This document shows, in pieces, positions 31,701 through 42,000 of a DNA stretch of 64,000 nt; the stretch's first letter is position 1, and each line of letters starts with the position of its first letter. Origin of the DNA: a virus (lineage: Duplodnaviria > Caudoviricetes); the IMG/VR virus record IMGVR_UViG_3300033073_001753, positions 4,390 through 68,389 of that record; one strand, written 5' to 3'. Under the pieces are notes generated by a model, which was not told where the DNA came from, searched no databases, and saw nothing but the letters and a program-made list of their open reading frames with translations. The position numbers were made by a program, and so were the translations under genes.

Positions 31701-34700
31701 ATAATAATGTATTTTTTAAGAATATATTAAATTCAGGATTTTTTGATTATTTTGATGAATCAAATGAATATGAAAACGTATTTTTACCTTATATTGAGTA
31801 CTCAACTTATGAAGAAAAACCATGTTTTATTGTATCTTTAAAAACAAATGATATATCAAAATTGAATTCTTTGAAAGACAAGATTAAAATAAAATTAAGA
31901 AGTATAAAAATAGATGAAAGTCAACAAATAAAATTTAGTAGATTCTTTAAAAATATTGATTATATAATTGAAAATATTGATGATATTATTACTGACAAAA
32001 ATATATTGAATATTGCAATTATTGAAAATAGCTTTTTAAATAATAATGATTCAAATTCTTTCTTGCAAAATTTAATTATAGAAATGTTAAATTTCCCTGA
32101 ATTTAAAAATAAATTTAATAACATTAGTTCACTTTCACAATTACAAAGTACTGATATTGAAGATATTAAAATCATAAAAAATATTATTGATTCAACATTA
32201 TTAATATGTTCCGATATTTTTAATAAAATGTTTATTGAAATTCAATCTTACAATTCTTTGGTTATGAGAATTTTTGATTCAAATTTTTATTTTCAACATA
32301 ATAAAAATATTTTAAAAAATTTAGGTAGAATAAATTATAATGATTCTTTAAATACAAGAAATGTTTCAGAATATATTTTGAATGATGAATATAAAACGTT
32401 AATAGGTGAAAACAATTTAGAAAGAATAATGAATTATTATAATTATTTAGATAATTCATTTAATCAAAAATTTGAAAAATCTGAACTTGACTTACATAAA
32501 TTAAATAACACTTTAAAACCTTCTGAAAAGAAGTTTATTAATACATTATCATCTATATTAGGTATTTCAAAAGAGGATATTTTAAAAATATATACATATA
32601 TGAGTATTAAACCTGAATTAAATTCTAAGAACATTAATATTTTCGAATATTTTAATACTCATACTCTTCCTTTATCTAAAATTATAAAAAACAAAAAAGA
32701 ATCTGATGGTATATTTGATTTAAATCGTGATTGCTCTACTTTCATATATGATTATATGCATGAGGTTGATGGTATATACAATAATAATCTTTATGTAAAT
32801 ATACCTTATAAAGATAATGAATATCCTTCTCAAAGTGACATAGCATCGGTTGAAAAATTTAGTGGTGAGTACTATAGTTTAATTTCTAATATTATGGAAA
32901 GAATTGATGGGAATAGAAATATTTGTGATAGAGATAAATCAAATGAAATTGAAACTTTACAGTTTAATTCAATTATAAATTTAAAAGATATTTTCAATTA
33001 TATTATTGCACCTTCATATGAAACAAGAGAAAAATATCATAATATTGAAGTATATAATCAAAGTACTAAAGAAATAAATCAAAATTCAGGTTGTAAAAAC
33101 TTAAGTGAAGATGATTTAAATTATTTAATCGACATTGAAGATTTAAATGTCATAAAACCTATTAATTCAGGAGTAATGACATATAAAGATATTTTTATTA
33201 AAAATTATTCTTTAAATCTACGAAATATTGAATTTGAAAATATATTTGATATTAATAATAATTGGTATAATCATATATCTAGAGGTTTAATATTGAATGA
33301 CTTTACTAATATTCTAAATTCTGAATTTGTTATTTATTATAACAATTATAAAAATGGTATTGGTTTAGACACTTATGAAATTTATCAATATTTAAATGAA
33401 ATTCGTACAAATAATAAAAATTATTCAAATGACAATTCTCTTACGACATATAACTCAAAAGATTATTTAAAACAGAATACTACATTAAATAATTTTATTT
33501 TAACAAAAAACAATATTGATTTAAAAAGATCATATATAAAAAATACATTTGATGGTAAAAAAATTAAAAATTTAATTGACATATATGACAAAAAGAATAA
33601 AGACATTAATGAAACTTTAAAGTATTTAATTTCTAATAATGATATATTATTGACCAATTTTAAAGATTATTATTTAAATAATTTTGTTAATAATCAACAA
33701 TCTTTATATACTTCTAATGCTCCTCAAATCGATAATACTAATAAATATTTATTATTAAATCAAAATCTAAAGTTAAATGATTGTCATATATTGACAATAG
33801 GTGTAGAAGAAAAAGATTTTAAGAATAACAATATGATCATAGTAAATGTTGAAATGATTGATCATGATTTTCCATTAATTCAATGGGAATCAAAACAATT
33901 TGAATTTGACTTATCAATTGATGATGCATTTAATGAAGTATTTCAAAAAAATGAAATATTTAAAACAACAGGTGATGCAGTTAAAAATACTATTACTAAT
34001 AATGCAGATATATCATTACCTTTATTGTCATATGAAAAAATTAATTTAGAAAATAATAATATTGAAAAATTGATTAATCAAAATAATAGTCCTGCTGATT
34101 TATATTCAAATAATATCTCTTTAAAAAATACAATACTAAACGATCTTGATTTAAATATAAATTTAGATTTTCAAAAATTGTTACAAAATAGAGTTAATGT
34201 TTTTAAAAATCAATTTAACAAAATAAAAATGATGAATGAAATTGATGATAATATATTTTTAAATGTAATTACAGATATGACCAGACGTGCTATTTATAAT
34301 CAGAAAAAGAGTATGCATCTTAAACATATAATAAAATTATTAACTGGAAATGAATTCAATGTAGAGTTTAGTCTTAAAGAAAATAAAGATCTACAGGAAA
34401 TTTTAGTCTTAAATGAAGTATATGAATTATATACTAGCACTATTTTTTCTAATTTAAATTCATCAACTGAAAATGAATTAGGATTTACTTATGAAGAATT
34501 AGAACAAGCATTTTCTATCGCAGGAGATATAAATTTTGATAAAAATTATGAGTTAAATGGATTTTCTTTTAAGATAGGAAATATTACATCAAATCATAAT
34601 TTAAATATTTTTATTAAATTTATGGCAGATTTCTCTAGGTTGTTAATCCCTTCTTTTGATACAATGTCAAATAAAAATTTTAGAAAAATTATGAATATTG

Positions 34701-34966
34701 CAATTAGTCCTTCTGATTTTATTGCATCTTCTATCTCAAATCAATTAAATATTTATAATAATTTACCTGAAGATTATTCAAATATTACATTTAAATTAAT
34801 TGAAAATGGAATATTGGATGAATCATTAACGTATTATAAACAATTAAATCAATTGATTCTCGAGAAGAATAATATTGATATAAATTATTATGAAGTTTTA
34901 TTTAATAATCAAAAATATATTCCTAAGAACATTTCATATAGAATAAAAGTTGATTTATTAGATTAA
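28742..34966 (+). CDS. Giant (2074 aa) Asn/Ile/Lys-rich hypothetical virion protein
   Basis: 6.2 kb ORF in the tail block; more ordered C-terminal part (CHILTIGV...IIVNVEMIDHDFP...KQFEFDL; RKIMNIAISPSDF); no family recognised. Confidence 0.6.
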   Translation: MAIFQKDLERIDFLNQFYNKTLKAELLQFLDLTKDYNYTGLDIDFEIKNNLIGQYNKSISYLNLINNNHISFFENNIRNLSDKSKKIVNSNEKLLFEINNEFNLLKQKKDTDSSLKNIDIANIFFNENQFNETSDFMNGYFLFNKKLYSSIENNDEDINNEKFKKFPLLFDYFNNLKDKFINESIFFFPDFNAPKIFKRILNTHQLTEDLSTNNISGKINQISKNYLSHTISLDDNFKITNFKKYPISTSGLSQSIYNIISGQDYYSNNTLFYGIIPFATINHFRKLFDKTLLTEITDVSIFQKDTMNEYLPFKFINREDILICEEKNAFVELVKEIEKELYQNINSDNDILLHNFEKSDILKLNPLNYKSLFINNDFFNIDRLINPSKEVIHSIGNNSLNLILIDKNTKLDLDTNLNQNRHNKFKVFKNKIINTNFSQVNFDDINSLNMNIHITDDDSLKYKETPIKYLDDIHKDSSKKVGLNLLKLIASKIQTDNLTVLSTSTNYTINNLYNLPGPTINDITKNNENANTPLDTSSSVSIRAISNQRRGALPASLNLNNNIRNINEFDNKNINNNIITQNANFSEILQYTKKSKLIQNTKGLSNISFFNEENNFALSIIKNRYLINDVCIKSKKIIKGNISQFLKNQNSFLKEISDNNNLIHYRSLDFSKVKSNLFNKINNKNLNNFSLNTSQNRKNIYRDNITIEDSLGFLSNSDYQLKKELIVKNNNYIANDSLLNITNTNLTNLNHELLNIDKVITQTDITNIYENTITDDIIYKIKDQYSNNLLHFSNNNSLFEYIKNYCKNYINKNLNENDHLNNFKNRANIVETASLLWSISSSCKNISSENKFNLKKNLIDSLLFEFILKNDNRKNTNENIKSSNDIKKLIINDITPDVISDISGFYVWSNKLKNIDIKNLSQYNPYDNSEHLEQDGLFYHFLFSNLHQKMYFKNTKNGIQKYNNDFDPHEYLKSILCFYMTSDEFNNNNVFFKNILNSGFFDYFDESNEYENVFLPYIEYSTYEEKPCFIVSLKTNDISKLNSLKDKIKIKLRSIKIDESQQIKFSRFFKNIDYIIENIDDIITDKNILNIAIIENSFLNNNDSNSFLQNLIIEMLNFPEFKNKFNNISSLSQLQSTDIEDIKIIKNIIDSTLLICSDIFNKMFIEIQSYNSLVMRIFDSNFYFQHNKNILKNLGRINYNDSLNTRNVSEYILNDEYKTLIGENNLERIMNYYNYLDNSFNQKFEKSELDLHKLNNTLKPSEKKFINTLSSILGISKEDILKIYTYMSIKPELNSKNINIFEYFNTHTLPLSKIIKNKKESDGIFDLNRDCSTFIYDYMHEVDGIYNNNLYVNIPYKDNEYPSQSDIASVEKFSGEYYSLISNIMERIDGNRNICDRDKSNEIETLQFNSIINLKDIFNYIIAPSYETREKYHNIEVYNQSTKEINQNSGCKNLSEDDLNYLIDIEDLNVIKPINSGVMTYKDIFIKNYSLNLRNIEFENIFDINNNWYNHISRGLILNDFTNILNSEFVIYYNNYKNGIGLDTYEIYQYLNEIRTNNKNYSNDNSLTTYNSKDYLKQNTTLNNFILTKNNIDLKRSYIKNTFDGKKIKNLIDIYDKKNKDINETLKYLISNNDILLTNFKDYYLNNFVNNQQSLYTSNAPQIDNTNKYLLLNQNLKLNDCHILTIGVEEKDFKNNNMIIVNVEMIDHDFPLIQWESKQFEFDLSIDDAFNEVFQKNEIFKTTGDAVKNTITNNADISLPLLSYEKINLENNNIEKLINQNNSPADLYSNNISLKNTILNDLDLNINLDFQKLLQNRVNVFKNQFNKIKMMNEIDDNIFLNVITDMTRRAIYNQKKSMHLKHIIKLLTGNEFNVEFSLKENKDLQEILVLNEVYELYTSTIFSNLNSSTENELGFTYEELEQAFSIAGDINFDKNYELNGFSFKIGNITSNHNLNIFIKFMADFSRLLIPSFDTMSNKNFRKIMNIAISPSDFIASSISNQLNIYNNLPEDYSNITFKLIENGILDESLTYYKQLNQLILEKNNIDINYYEVLFNNQKYIPKNISYRIKVDLLD

Positions 34967-35016
34967 AATTGTTTTGATTTATATATAATTTTTAAAAGAT
35001 TAAGTTTTGATATAAT

Positions 35017-36750
35017 ATGAGTAATAATATATTTGATTTTTATAATTACAATTTTCCTAAGTTTAATGTTGATGTTAAATTTGAATATTATAAATACAAT
35101 CCTAAAGATGAAGAGTTAGATCTAATTGAAAGAGTACAAGATTTTGATAACGATATATCTCTTCTCGATAATAAAAGTAGTTTTTGTAATATGAAAATTA
35201 ATTTAAATCTATTACAAAACCCTTTATTGACTTCTTCAAAAAAAGCAATTGAAAATATTGCAAATAGAAAAATAGATAATACTTTTTATAGAATATTTGA
35301 AGATAAAAATTTAAATAACACAAAGTCAATTAATGATAATAATGTTGATATCAATTATTTTAATTTCAGAAATGAAACGGATGATCAATTGATATCAATT
35401 TCATCAAATATTGATGTAGATGTATATAAAAATATTATACTGGCAAATAATAACATACAATCTAATTTTAATGCTTATTTAAATGAGTCAAATATGGATT
35501 CATTTAAAACTTATCATTCTTCTAAAAAATATTTATTAGATATTATTAAGAGTAAAAGAAGAAATTTATTTAATTTTGATAAAAATTTATTTGAGAATAC
35601 TTCTTTGTCAAATGATGAGAGTAATTTAATTACATCAGGATTTCAAACAAAATTTTATGAAATTGATAATGAATTATCAAATTTTATTGAAAATAATAAT
35701 ATTACAAATATTGATGATGAAAAATTAATTTTTGAGAAATTAAAGGAATATGATGTTCAAACTTACTCTAAAAATAGTATTGATGATTCATATGCATATT
35801 TTGTAGGATTCTTAATTAAAAAAAATATAAAAGATAGAAATGGATTAATATTAAAAAATATTGCAAGTAGTTTCTTTTATTTTAATATTAATAATAACAA
35901 TAATAATATAAATATTGTAAAATATGATGACAGAGTTACCTATGGTAATTATTATTCATATGAAATATTTCCTGTATTTTTATTTTCATATTTTAAGAAT
36001 AATGAAATTTATAAATATTTGGTTTGTCAAACTTCATTTAGAACAAATTATGTAAGAGCTGTAGAATATTTTCAACCTGAACCACCTAATGCATTACGAG
36101 CAAAATATTTGTATAATATTAATAAGGTAAAATTAGAGTGGGATCAACCAAATAATCCTCAAAATGATGTTATAGGATATTTTATTTATAGACGTGAAAA
36201 ATTAGATCAACCATATGAATTAATAAAAGTATATGCAAAAAAAGATTTAAAAAATTATAAAAATTTTGAATTATTTTCAGATACAATTGATAATTCTATT
36301 GTCGAAGTAATGAATTCTGATTTTTTAAAACAACACTTTATAGATAACGTTAATAATGTTAATAATTTATATATCTACACAATTTGTTCTGTAGATGCTC
36401 ATGGATATGTTTCAAATTATTCAACCCAAATAGGTTTAAGATATTCTAAATTATATAATGAATTAATAATTGACACTATAAGTTTAGCAAATGCACCTAG
36501 AACATATCCAAATTTATATGTAAAAAGAAAAAGTCAATTATTTGAAAATGATAATTTATTATTTAATTTTACACCTTCATTTAAGAATAAAGAAAAAATA
36601 AAAGTATATTTTACGCCTGATAGTAATCTTATTAAGAATAGAAATGAAACGTATTCTGATTCAATTGACATTGAAAATTCAGAATATCATTTAAATATAA
36701 TAAGATTATCTGACTTAAATAGTAAAAATATAAAGTTTAATTTTAAGTAA
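35017..36750 (+). CDS. Structural protein with fibronectin type III-like domains
   Basis: YDDRVTYGNYYSYEIFPV, then QPEPPNALRA...VKLEWDQPN...IGYFIYRR...FIDN...YIYTICSVDAHGYVSNYS (FN3 pattern). Confidence 0.75.
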   Translation: MSNNIFDFYNYNFPKFNVDVKFEYYKYNPKDEELDLIERVQDFDNDISLLDNKSSFCNMKINLNLLQNPLLTSSKKAIENIANRKIDNTFYRIFEDKNLNNTKSINDNNVDINYFNFRNETDDQLISISSNIDVDVYKNIILANNNIQSNFNAYLNESNMDSFKTYHSSKKYLLDIIKSKRRNLFNFDKNLFENTSLSNDESNLITSGFQTKFYEIDNELSNFIENNNITNIDDEKLIFEKLKEYDVQTYSKNSIDDSYAYFVGFLIKKNIKDRNGLILKNIASSFFYFNINNNNNNINIVKYDDRVTYGNYYSYEIFPVFLFSYFKNNEIYKYLVCQTSFRTNYVRAVEYFQPEPPNALRAKYLYNINKVKLEWDQPNNPQNDVIGYFIYRREKLDQPYELIKVYAKKDLKNYKNFELFSDTIDNSIVEVMNSDFLKQHFIDNVNNVNNLYIYTICSVDAHGYVSNYSTQIGLRYSKLYNELIIDTISLANAPRTYPNLYVKRKSQLFENDNLLFNFTPSFKNKEKIKVYFTPDSNLIKNRNETYSDSIDIENSEYHLNIIRLSDLNSKNIKFNFK

Positions 36751-36798
36751 AAAAAATTAAATTAATATAAATAAAATATAAGAAAATAGGATTAAAAA

Positions 36799-37599
36799 AT
36801 GGGATTTTTAGATCATACAACAAATAATGTCGTTATAGATGCAGTTTTAACAGAAAGAGGTCGTGAATTATTATCACAAAATGGTGGAAATTTTTCAATT
36901 TCCTCTTTTTCTTTTGGTGATGATGAAGTTGACTATACAAATATTAAAAAGTATGGTTTACAGATGGGCAAAGAAAAGATTGAAAAAAATACACCTATTT
37001 TTGAAGCACAAACCAATGAAAATTTGGCTTTAAAATATAATAATATTACATTGAATAATAATAATCTTAGAATACTTTATATTCCTGTGCTTAAAAGATG
37101 GAGTGGAAGTGCTGGTTCTGTTTCAAACATTGTTGAACTCGATATTAATGATGTAAATAAAAAATATGCAACAGTTTATGTATTATCAACATTAAATCAA
37201 AGTTCAGGTCAAACAACAATTGATTCGAATCTAAGAGATGATTTCTTTACAATTAAAATGAATAATTTAATATTAAAACAATATCAAACTAGTGGTACTG
37301 AAATTGTACAAGGTTATGATGATCTAGATGAAAATAATATTGCAACATATTCACAGCTTACATCATCAAATGCTTCAGATACATCATATGAAAGTGGATA
37401 TGCATTAACAGGAAGAAAATTATTTACTTTTGCAATAGGTTTATCTATGACTTCACCTCAAATTAATTTATCAACATTCCAAAAATTTGGTACAATTGTT
37501 TCAGGAAGATATATTATCAAAACACAATTAGAAGTTTCCGGAACTAGTTCTGGTTCTAGAATTATAATTCCTGTTAATATTACAGGACCCACAGTTTAA
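36799..37599 (+). CDS. Tail/baseplate protein with P2 gpH (DUF3751)-like N-terminal motif
   Basis: DAVLTERGRELL...ISSFSFGD resembles the (I/L)LTxxG...ITxxAxGD start of tail-collar fibre domains; AGGA RBS. Confidence 0.5.
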   Translation: MGFLDHTTNNVVIDAVLTERGRELLSQNGGNFSISSFSFGDDEVDYTNIKKYGLQMGKEKIEKNTPIFEAQTNENLALKYNNITLNNNNLRILYIPVLKRWSGSAGSVSNIVELDINDVNKKYATVYVLSTLNQSSGQTTIDSNLRDDFFTIKMNNLILKQYQTSGTEIVQGYDDLDENNIATYSQLTSSNASDTSYESGYALTGRKLFTFAIGLSMTSPQINLSTFQKFGTIVSGRYIIKTQLEVSGTSSGSRIIIPVNITGPTV

Positions 37600-37624
37600 A
37601 CATAAAAAGGAATTTAATTAATAA

Positions 37625-38956
37625 ATGGCATCTAGATTTAAAAATATAACAAGCACAGATATAAAAGTAGAAAAGTCAAGATTAAATCAATTAATTGATA
37701 TTATATCTTCAGATATTTATTCATTGTCAAATCGTAAAAAATATCCTTCATTTGTGACAGGTCTAACTACTCCTGTTACTAGTTCATTATTTCAAACAAT
37801 ATATGACCAAGATTACACTTATCAATCTTCAAATGCAATGTTAGATATTTCATTTGGTGTATATGCAAATATAAGTGGTTCAACAGTTACTGGATCTACA
37901 TTGGTAACAGAACTTTCTCCTACAATTAGTGATGGAAATAAATTAATTTTTGATACAACAACATCAACAATGATGAGAGAAAAAATTAATGTTTATAAAC
38001 AATATGCACAAATTTTATTAGGAGATGCAAATAGTTCTTTCTTTACACCATTTGAAAGTACATTGGAAGAAGATAGAATTAATGAAGCAATTTTTATAAA
38101 TGTTAAAAGATTATTTAAAAGAGACAATATTTATAAAGGATCATTTGGTATTAAATTTTTTGATGAATTAACACCTTTAGATGCTGCATCTTGCCCCGAT
38201 ACTCAATATGGTTCATCAGGATGGACAAAAAATTTAACTGGTAATTTATTTAGTACTAGTAATAATAGCACAAATTCTTCAAATCAACCTGTAATGTTAA
38301 TTGATACAAATGGTTCAACAAATTATAGAATTGGATATGCAGGTGAAGTAGGAAGTTTAAAGAAAACTATTGATTCAGGTGCAAATTATGGTGATGAATG
38401 CGGTTTAATTTTTTATGATGCTGGTATTATTGTATTAGATGTTAAAAAAATATTTTCATCAACAGAACAAGTTACAGGTGTAATTGATTTTCCTGATTCA
38501 GTTGCTACAAATAATATTGTTTTTAAAACAAATGGAAATACACATAGTATCCCTGCAGGCAAAAAAGCAATAGGTTATAATAGTTCACGTCTAAGTTTTT
38601 ATGGATTTTTAAAATTAGCAACATTAGATGATATTATTGATCATTTTTGTATGTCTAGATTCTCGTCAGGTTTAACCACAGCAATTGCTTTCCAAAATGA
38701 AACAATTATTAATTCTACAATTTATTATTGTAATGCTGCTCCTGATGATTTTAATTATAGCACAAATCCTACATATTCAGATGAGGCAGGAAAGATTGTT
38801 GTTGTTGAAGATGAAAATGATATACCTTTTTCTTATGTAACTACTGTAGGTTTATATAATGCAGCTTCTGAATTAGTAGCTGTTGCAAAGCTTAGTAGAC
38901 CAGTTGAAAAAAATCCTTTACATAATTTATCAATAAGGGTTAGATTGGATTATTAA
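37625..38956 (+). CDS. Tail/baseplate protein with conserved C-terminal TTVGLYN...VAVAKLSRP motif
   Basis: YYCNAAPDDFNYSTNPTY...YVTTVGLYNAASELVAVAKLSRPVEK...IRVRLDY; AAAGGA RBS. Confidence 0.6.
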   Translation: MASRFKNITSTDIKVEKSRLNQLIDIISSDIYSLSNRKKYPSFVTGLTTPVTSSLFQTIYDQDYTYQSSNAMLDISFGVYANISGSTVTGSTLVTELSPTISDGNKLIFDTTTSTMMREKINVYKQYAQILLGDANSSFFTPFESTLEEDRINEAIFINVKRLFKRDNIYKGSFGIKFFDELTPLDAASCPDTQYGSSGWTKNLTGNLFSTSNNSTNSSNQPVMLIDTNGSTNYRIGYAGEVGSLKKTIDSGANYGDECGLIFYDAGIIVLDVKKIFSSTEQVTGVIDFPDSVATNNIVFKTNGNTHSIPAGKKAIGYNSSRLSFYGFLKLATLDDIIDHFCMSRFSSGLTTAIAFQNETIINSTIYYCNAAPDDFNYSTNPTYSDEAGKIVVVEDENDIPFSYVTTVGLYNAASELVAVAKLSRPVEKNPLHNLSIRVRLDY

Positions 38957-39019
38957 AATAAGTTTTTATTCGATTAATAATAAATATAAAATAATTTTAA
39001 AAAAAGAGTTTTATATTAA

Positions 39020-42000
39020 ATGTCAATAATTAATCTTAAAAATATAAATTTTAACAATGAGTCAATAAGAATATCACCTAATAGAATATTTGCATATAAA
39101 AATAGTTCATTTACTGATAATGGAAGTTTTTTTAAAAAAATCAATGAATATAATTTAAATCAAATTGAAAAAGTTAATATTGACACAAATAAATCTGAAT
39201 TTTTTTATGGTTTATTGTCGCATAATGCAATTCAACAAAGTAATACACAATCTGCAATTAGAGAAATTAATAATAACACTAATAATTTTATCAATAATGG
39301 AAATTTTAATGAAACTTCTGGCATATTTAAAATAATGTCCGGAAATATATGTGGTTGTGAACAAAATGATACTAATTGTTCACAAAAATTAGATTTATCA
39401 AAACCTACTTTAGGATCAATTTTAGATGAAAATCAAAAAAATATTGAAATTGAATCTAGATATTTTGGAATTAAAAGATTACAACAAGAATTTAAACCTT
39501 TTAGTCCTACATTACAAAAGAAGAAAATTATAAAAGAAAAACTACTAAAAAATATAAGCGCAATATCAGATTCAAAGCTGCAACAGGAATTAAATTATGG
39601 ATTTTATAATTACAACTGTTTAAATTTTTTTAATATTCAACCTTCAAAAGAAATATTAAATAGCGAAGAATTAACTTCTACTGATATTAAATTAATTCAA
39701 GAGAATACCCACTCATGTGGTTTAGTTTATTCAAATAGAAAAATAAATAATAAAAATATTTTTCCAAATTCAAAAGGGGAAATGACATTAAACTTCTGGA
39801 TTAATCCAAAAAGATCAAATTCAACAGGATATTATTATAATCCAGGATGTATTATTAATATTCCTAATGTAATGTCAGTTTATTTAATAGAAAAAGAAGA
39901 AACAAGAAATGAATTACAACAAGCACAAGAATTTTATTTATTATTTCAATTAGAAAGTAATTCAAATACAAATCAACCACGTAATATAGTTTTAAATAAA
40001 ACCTTTATTACAAATAATACATTGAAATTTAATAATTGGCATAATATATCAATAAATCTTTATATTAATAAATTGAAAGTTTATATTGATAATGTATATG
40101 ATATTTTTGAATTAAATAATAATTTAAATTTTACCAATAATTTTGATAGTATTATTACGATTGGAAACAAATTAAATTATCAGAACTCTTCATATCAATA
40201 CAATTGGAATAATACTTCAAATATTCGTAAATTCTTTTTTAATCAATCAACATTTAAAAAACAGTCTTTAAGTCAAGAAGACATATATATTTTGCAGAAT
40301 TCAGATATTGTAGAAGATTTAAATACATTGAATTTCTTAAATACAAAGTTATATGAAAATGATGTCGATTTAAGCACAATATCAGATGAATCATTTGCAT
40401 TGAATGCAGAGTTACAAGGTTTAATTATTTTTAATGAAAATATTAATAGAGATAAAATAAATGATATTGCAACTGGTAAAGATTATTCATTATTAAATTC
40501 TGAACAATTAACTTTTTATTTACCTTGTATGTATTTAGCTGTTAATACAGAAAGAGATGCATATATTACATTTGGTGATACTTCTAGAATTTTAACACAA
40601 TCATTTATTAATCCTTATTTTTCTGAACGTGTTAATGGATTAGAAGTAAATGTTGAAAATTTTTTAATTGATTTTGCTTTTAAAAGAAAACCTTTTATAT
40701 TAGGAATGAGTCCTATTAAATATAAAGATTCATTTATGAAAATGAATAATACATCAAATTTATATTTAAAAGAAAAAAAGAAAAATATAATAATTGATTT
40801 TTGGAAATATCATAAAAATCCAAATCAAGTATATAATAAAACATTTTCATCAGATATACCATTCATTGATACTGATTATTTTAATATTTCTAATTTTTTA
40901 AAAAATAATTTGATTTATAGAAATAATTTTATATTGCCTTGTGATAATGGATTAAACAAAATAAATCTACAAAATTATGTTAATATAAAATTTTCAAGTG
41001 AAATATATTCAGAGTTTTATCATTTCGAAAATTTAAATTTTGTTAATGCAAATTCTCTTTTTAATAAATCAAAATATGTGTTAAAAGATGATAAATTCTT
41101 TGAAATCCCTTTTATTGTTAATTCCTTGACCGATATTACAAATGAAAGTAATAATTCTTCTATTAATTCAGGAATTTTATATAAAAATAGTAATTATAGA
41201 GATGCAGATTTAACAAAATTCTTATTAGACAATACTAGTAATACATCTTTACAAAAAAATTGTTATTCAATTGATTTTGATAAAAATATGGTTAGAAATA
41301 ATTCGAATATTAAATTATATGAAATAATGTTTGACAAAATAAAAAATGTCAAAAATGAATATAGAAATAATTGGTCAGTTCCTCGTCTTACTATGAACTC
41401 TATTTTTAAAAATTTCGATGATGAAATAAAAGTTGTAGGTAATATTAGTGAAAAAACATTGAATAGAACAATAAAACAATATAATAATATAAATTCATTT
41501 ACTGATGTTTCTTCAATTCAAAGTTATGTTGATGATTTTATTTGTTCAAATTATTCTATAGAAGGTGAAGTATTTGAAACATATTCAGTATTGTTTGATA
41601 TATCAAATAAATTATATTCAAGTAGAATTCGTAATAATAATTTAACTTTAAAAGATTATGATATTGCAGGAACTGGTGGTGCTTGTGAAATAAGTTTGAA
41701 AGATAATGGAAATGGTTTAATCTATCGAGCCGATTGTTTGACTCCTCATGCAACGTGGAATTATGTAGGAAATATTTTTTATAGAGATGGATTATTAAAT
41801 GTATTACATCCTGGATTATCTTCTTTTGGTGAAAATAATTTTATATGTGAGTTAAAAGGTGATCATAAGTTATTTGTATATGAAGTAAATATTCCTGTAG
41901 AAAAAGGCGATTTAAATGTCTCTTTGAATAAAACATACCAAAAATTAAGACCTACTGATGGTTTATATGATGTTGATGAAGAAGATTTTGTTTATATTAC

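Noticed and set aside
25982-34966. Tape measure protein, or eukaryotic giant-virus (NCLDV) origin, for the giant Asn-rich ORFs
   Set aside because: There is no Ala/Gly-rich repetitive helical pattern typical of tape measures; the T4-like head genes, Shine-Dalgarno motifs and coupled operon structure indicate a bacteriophage.
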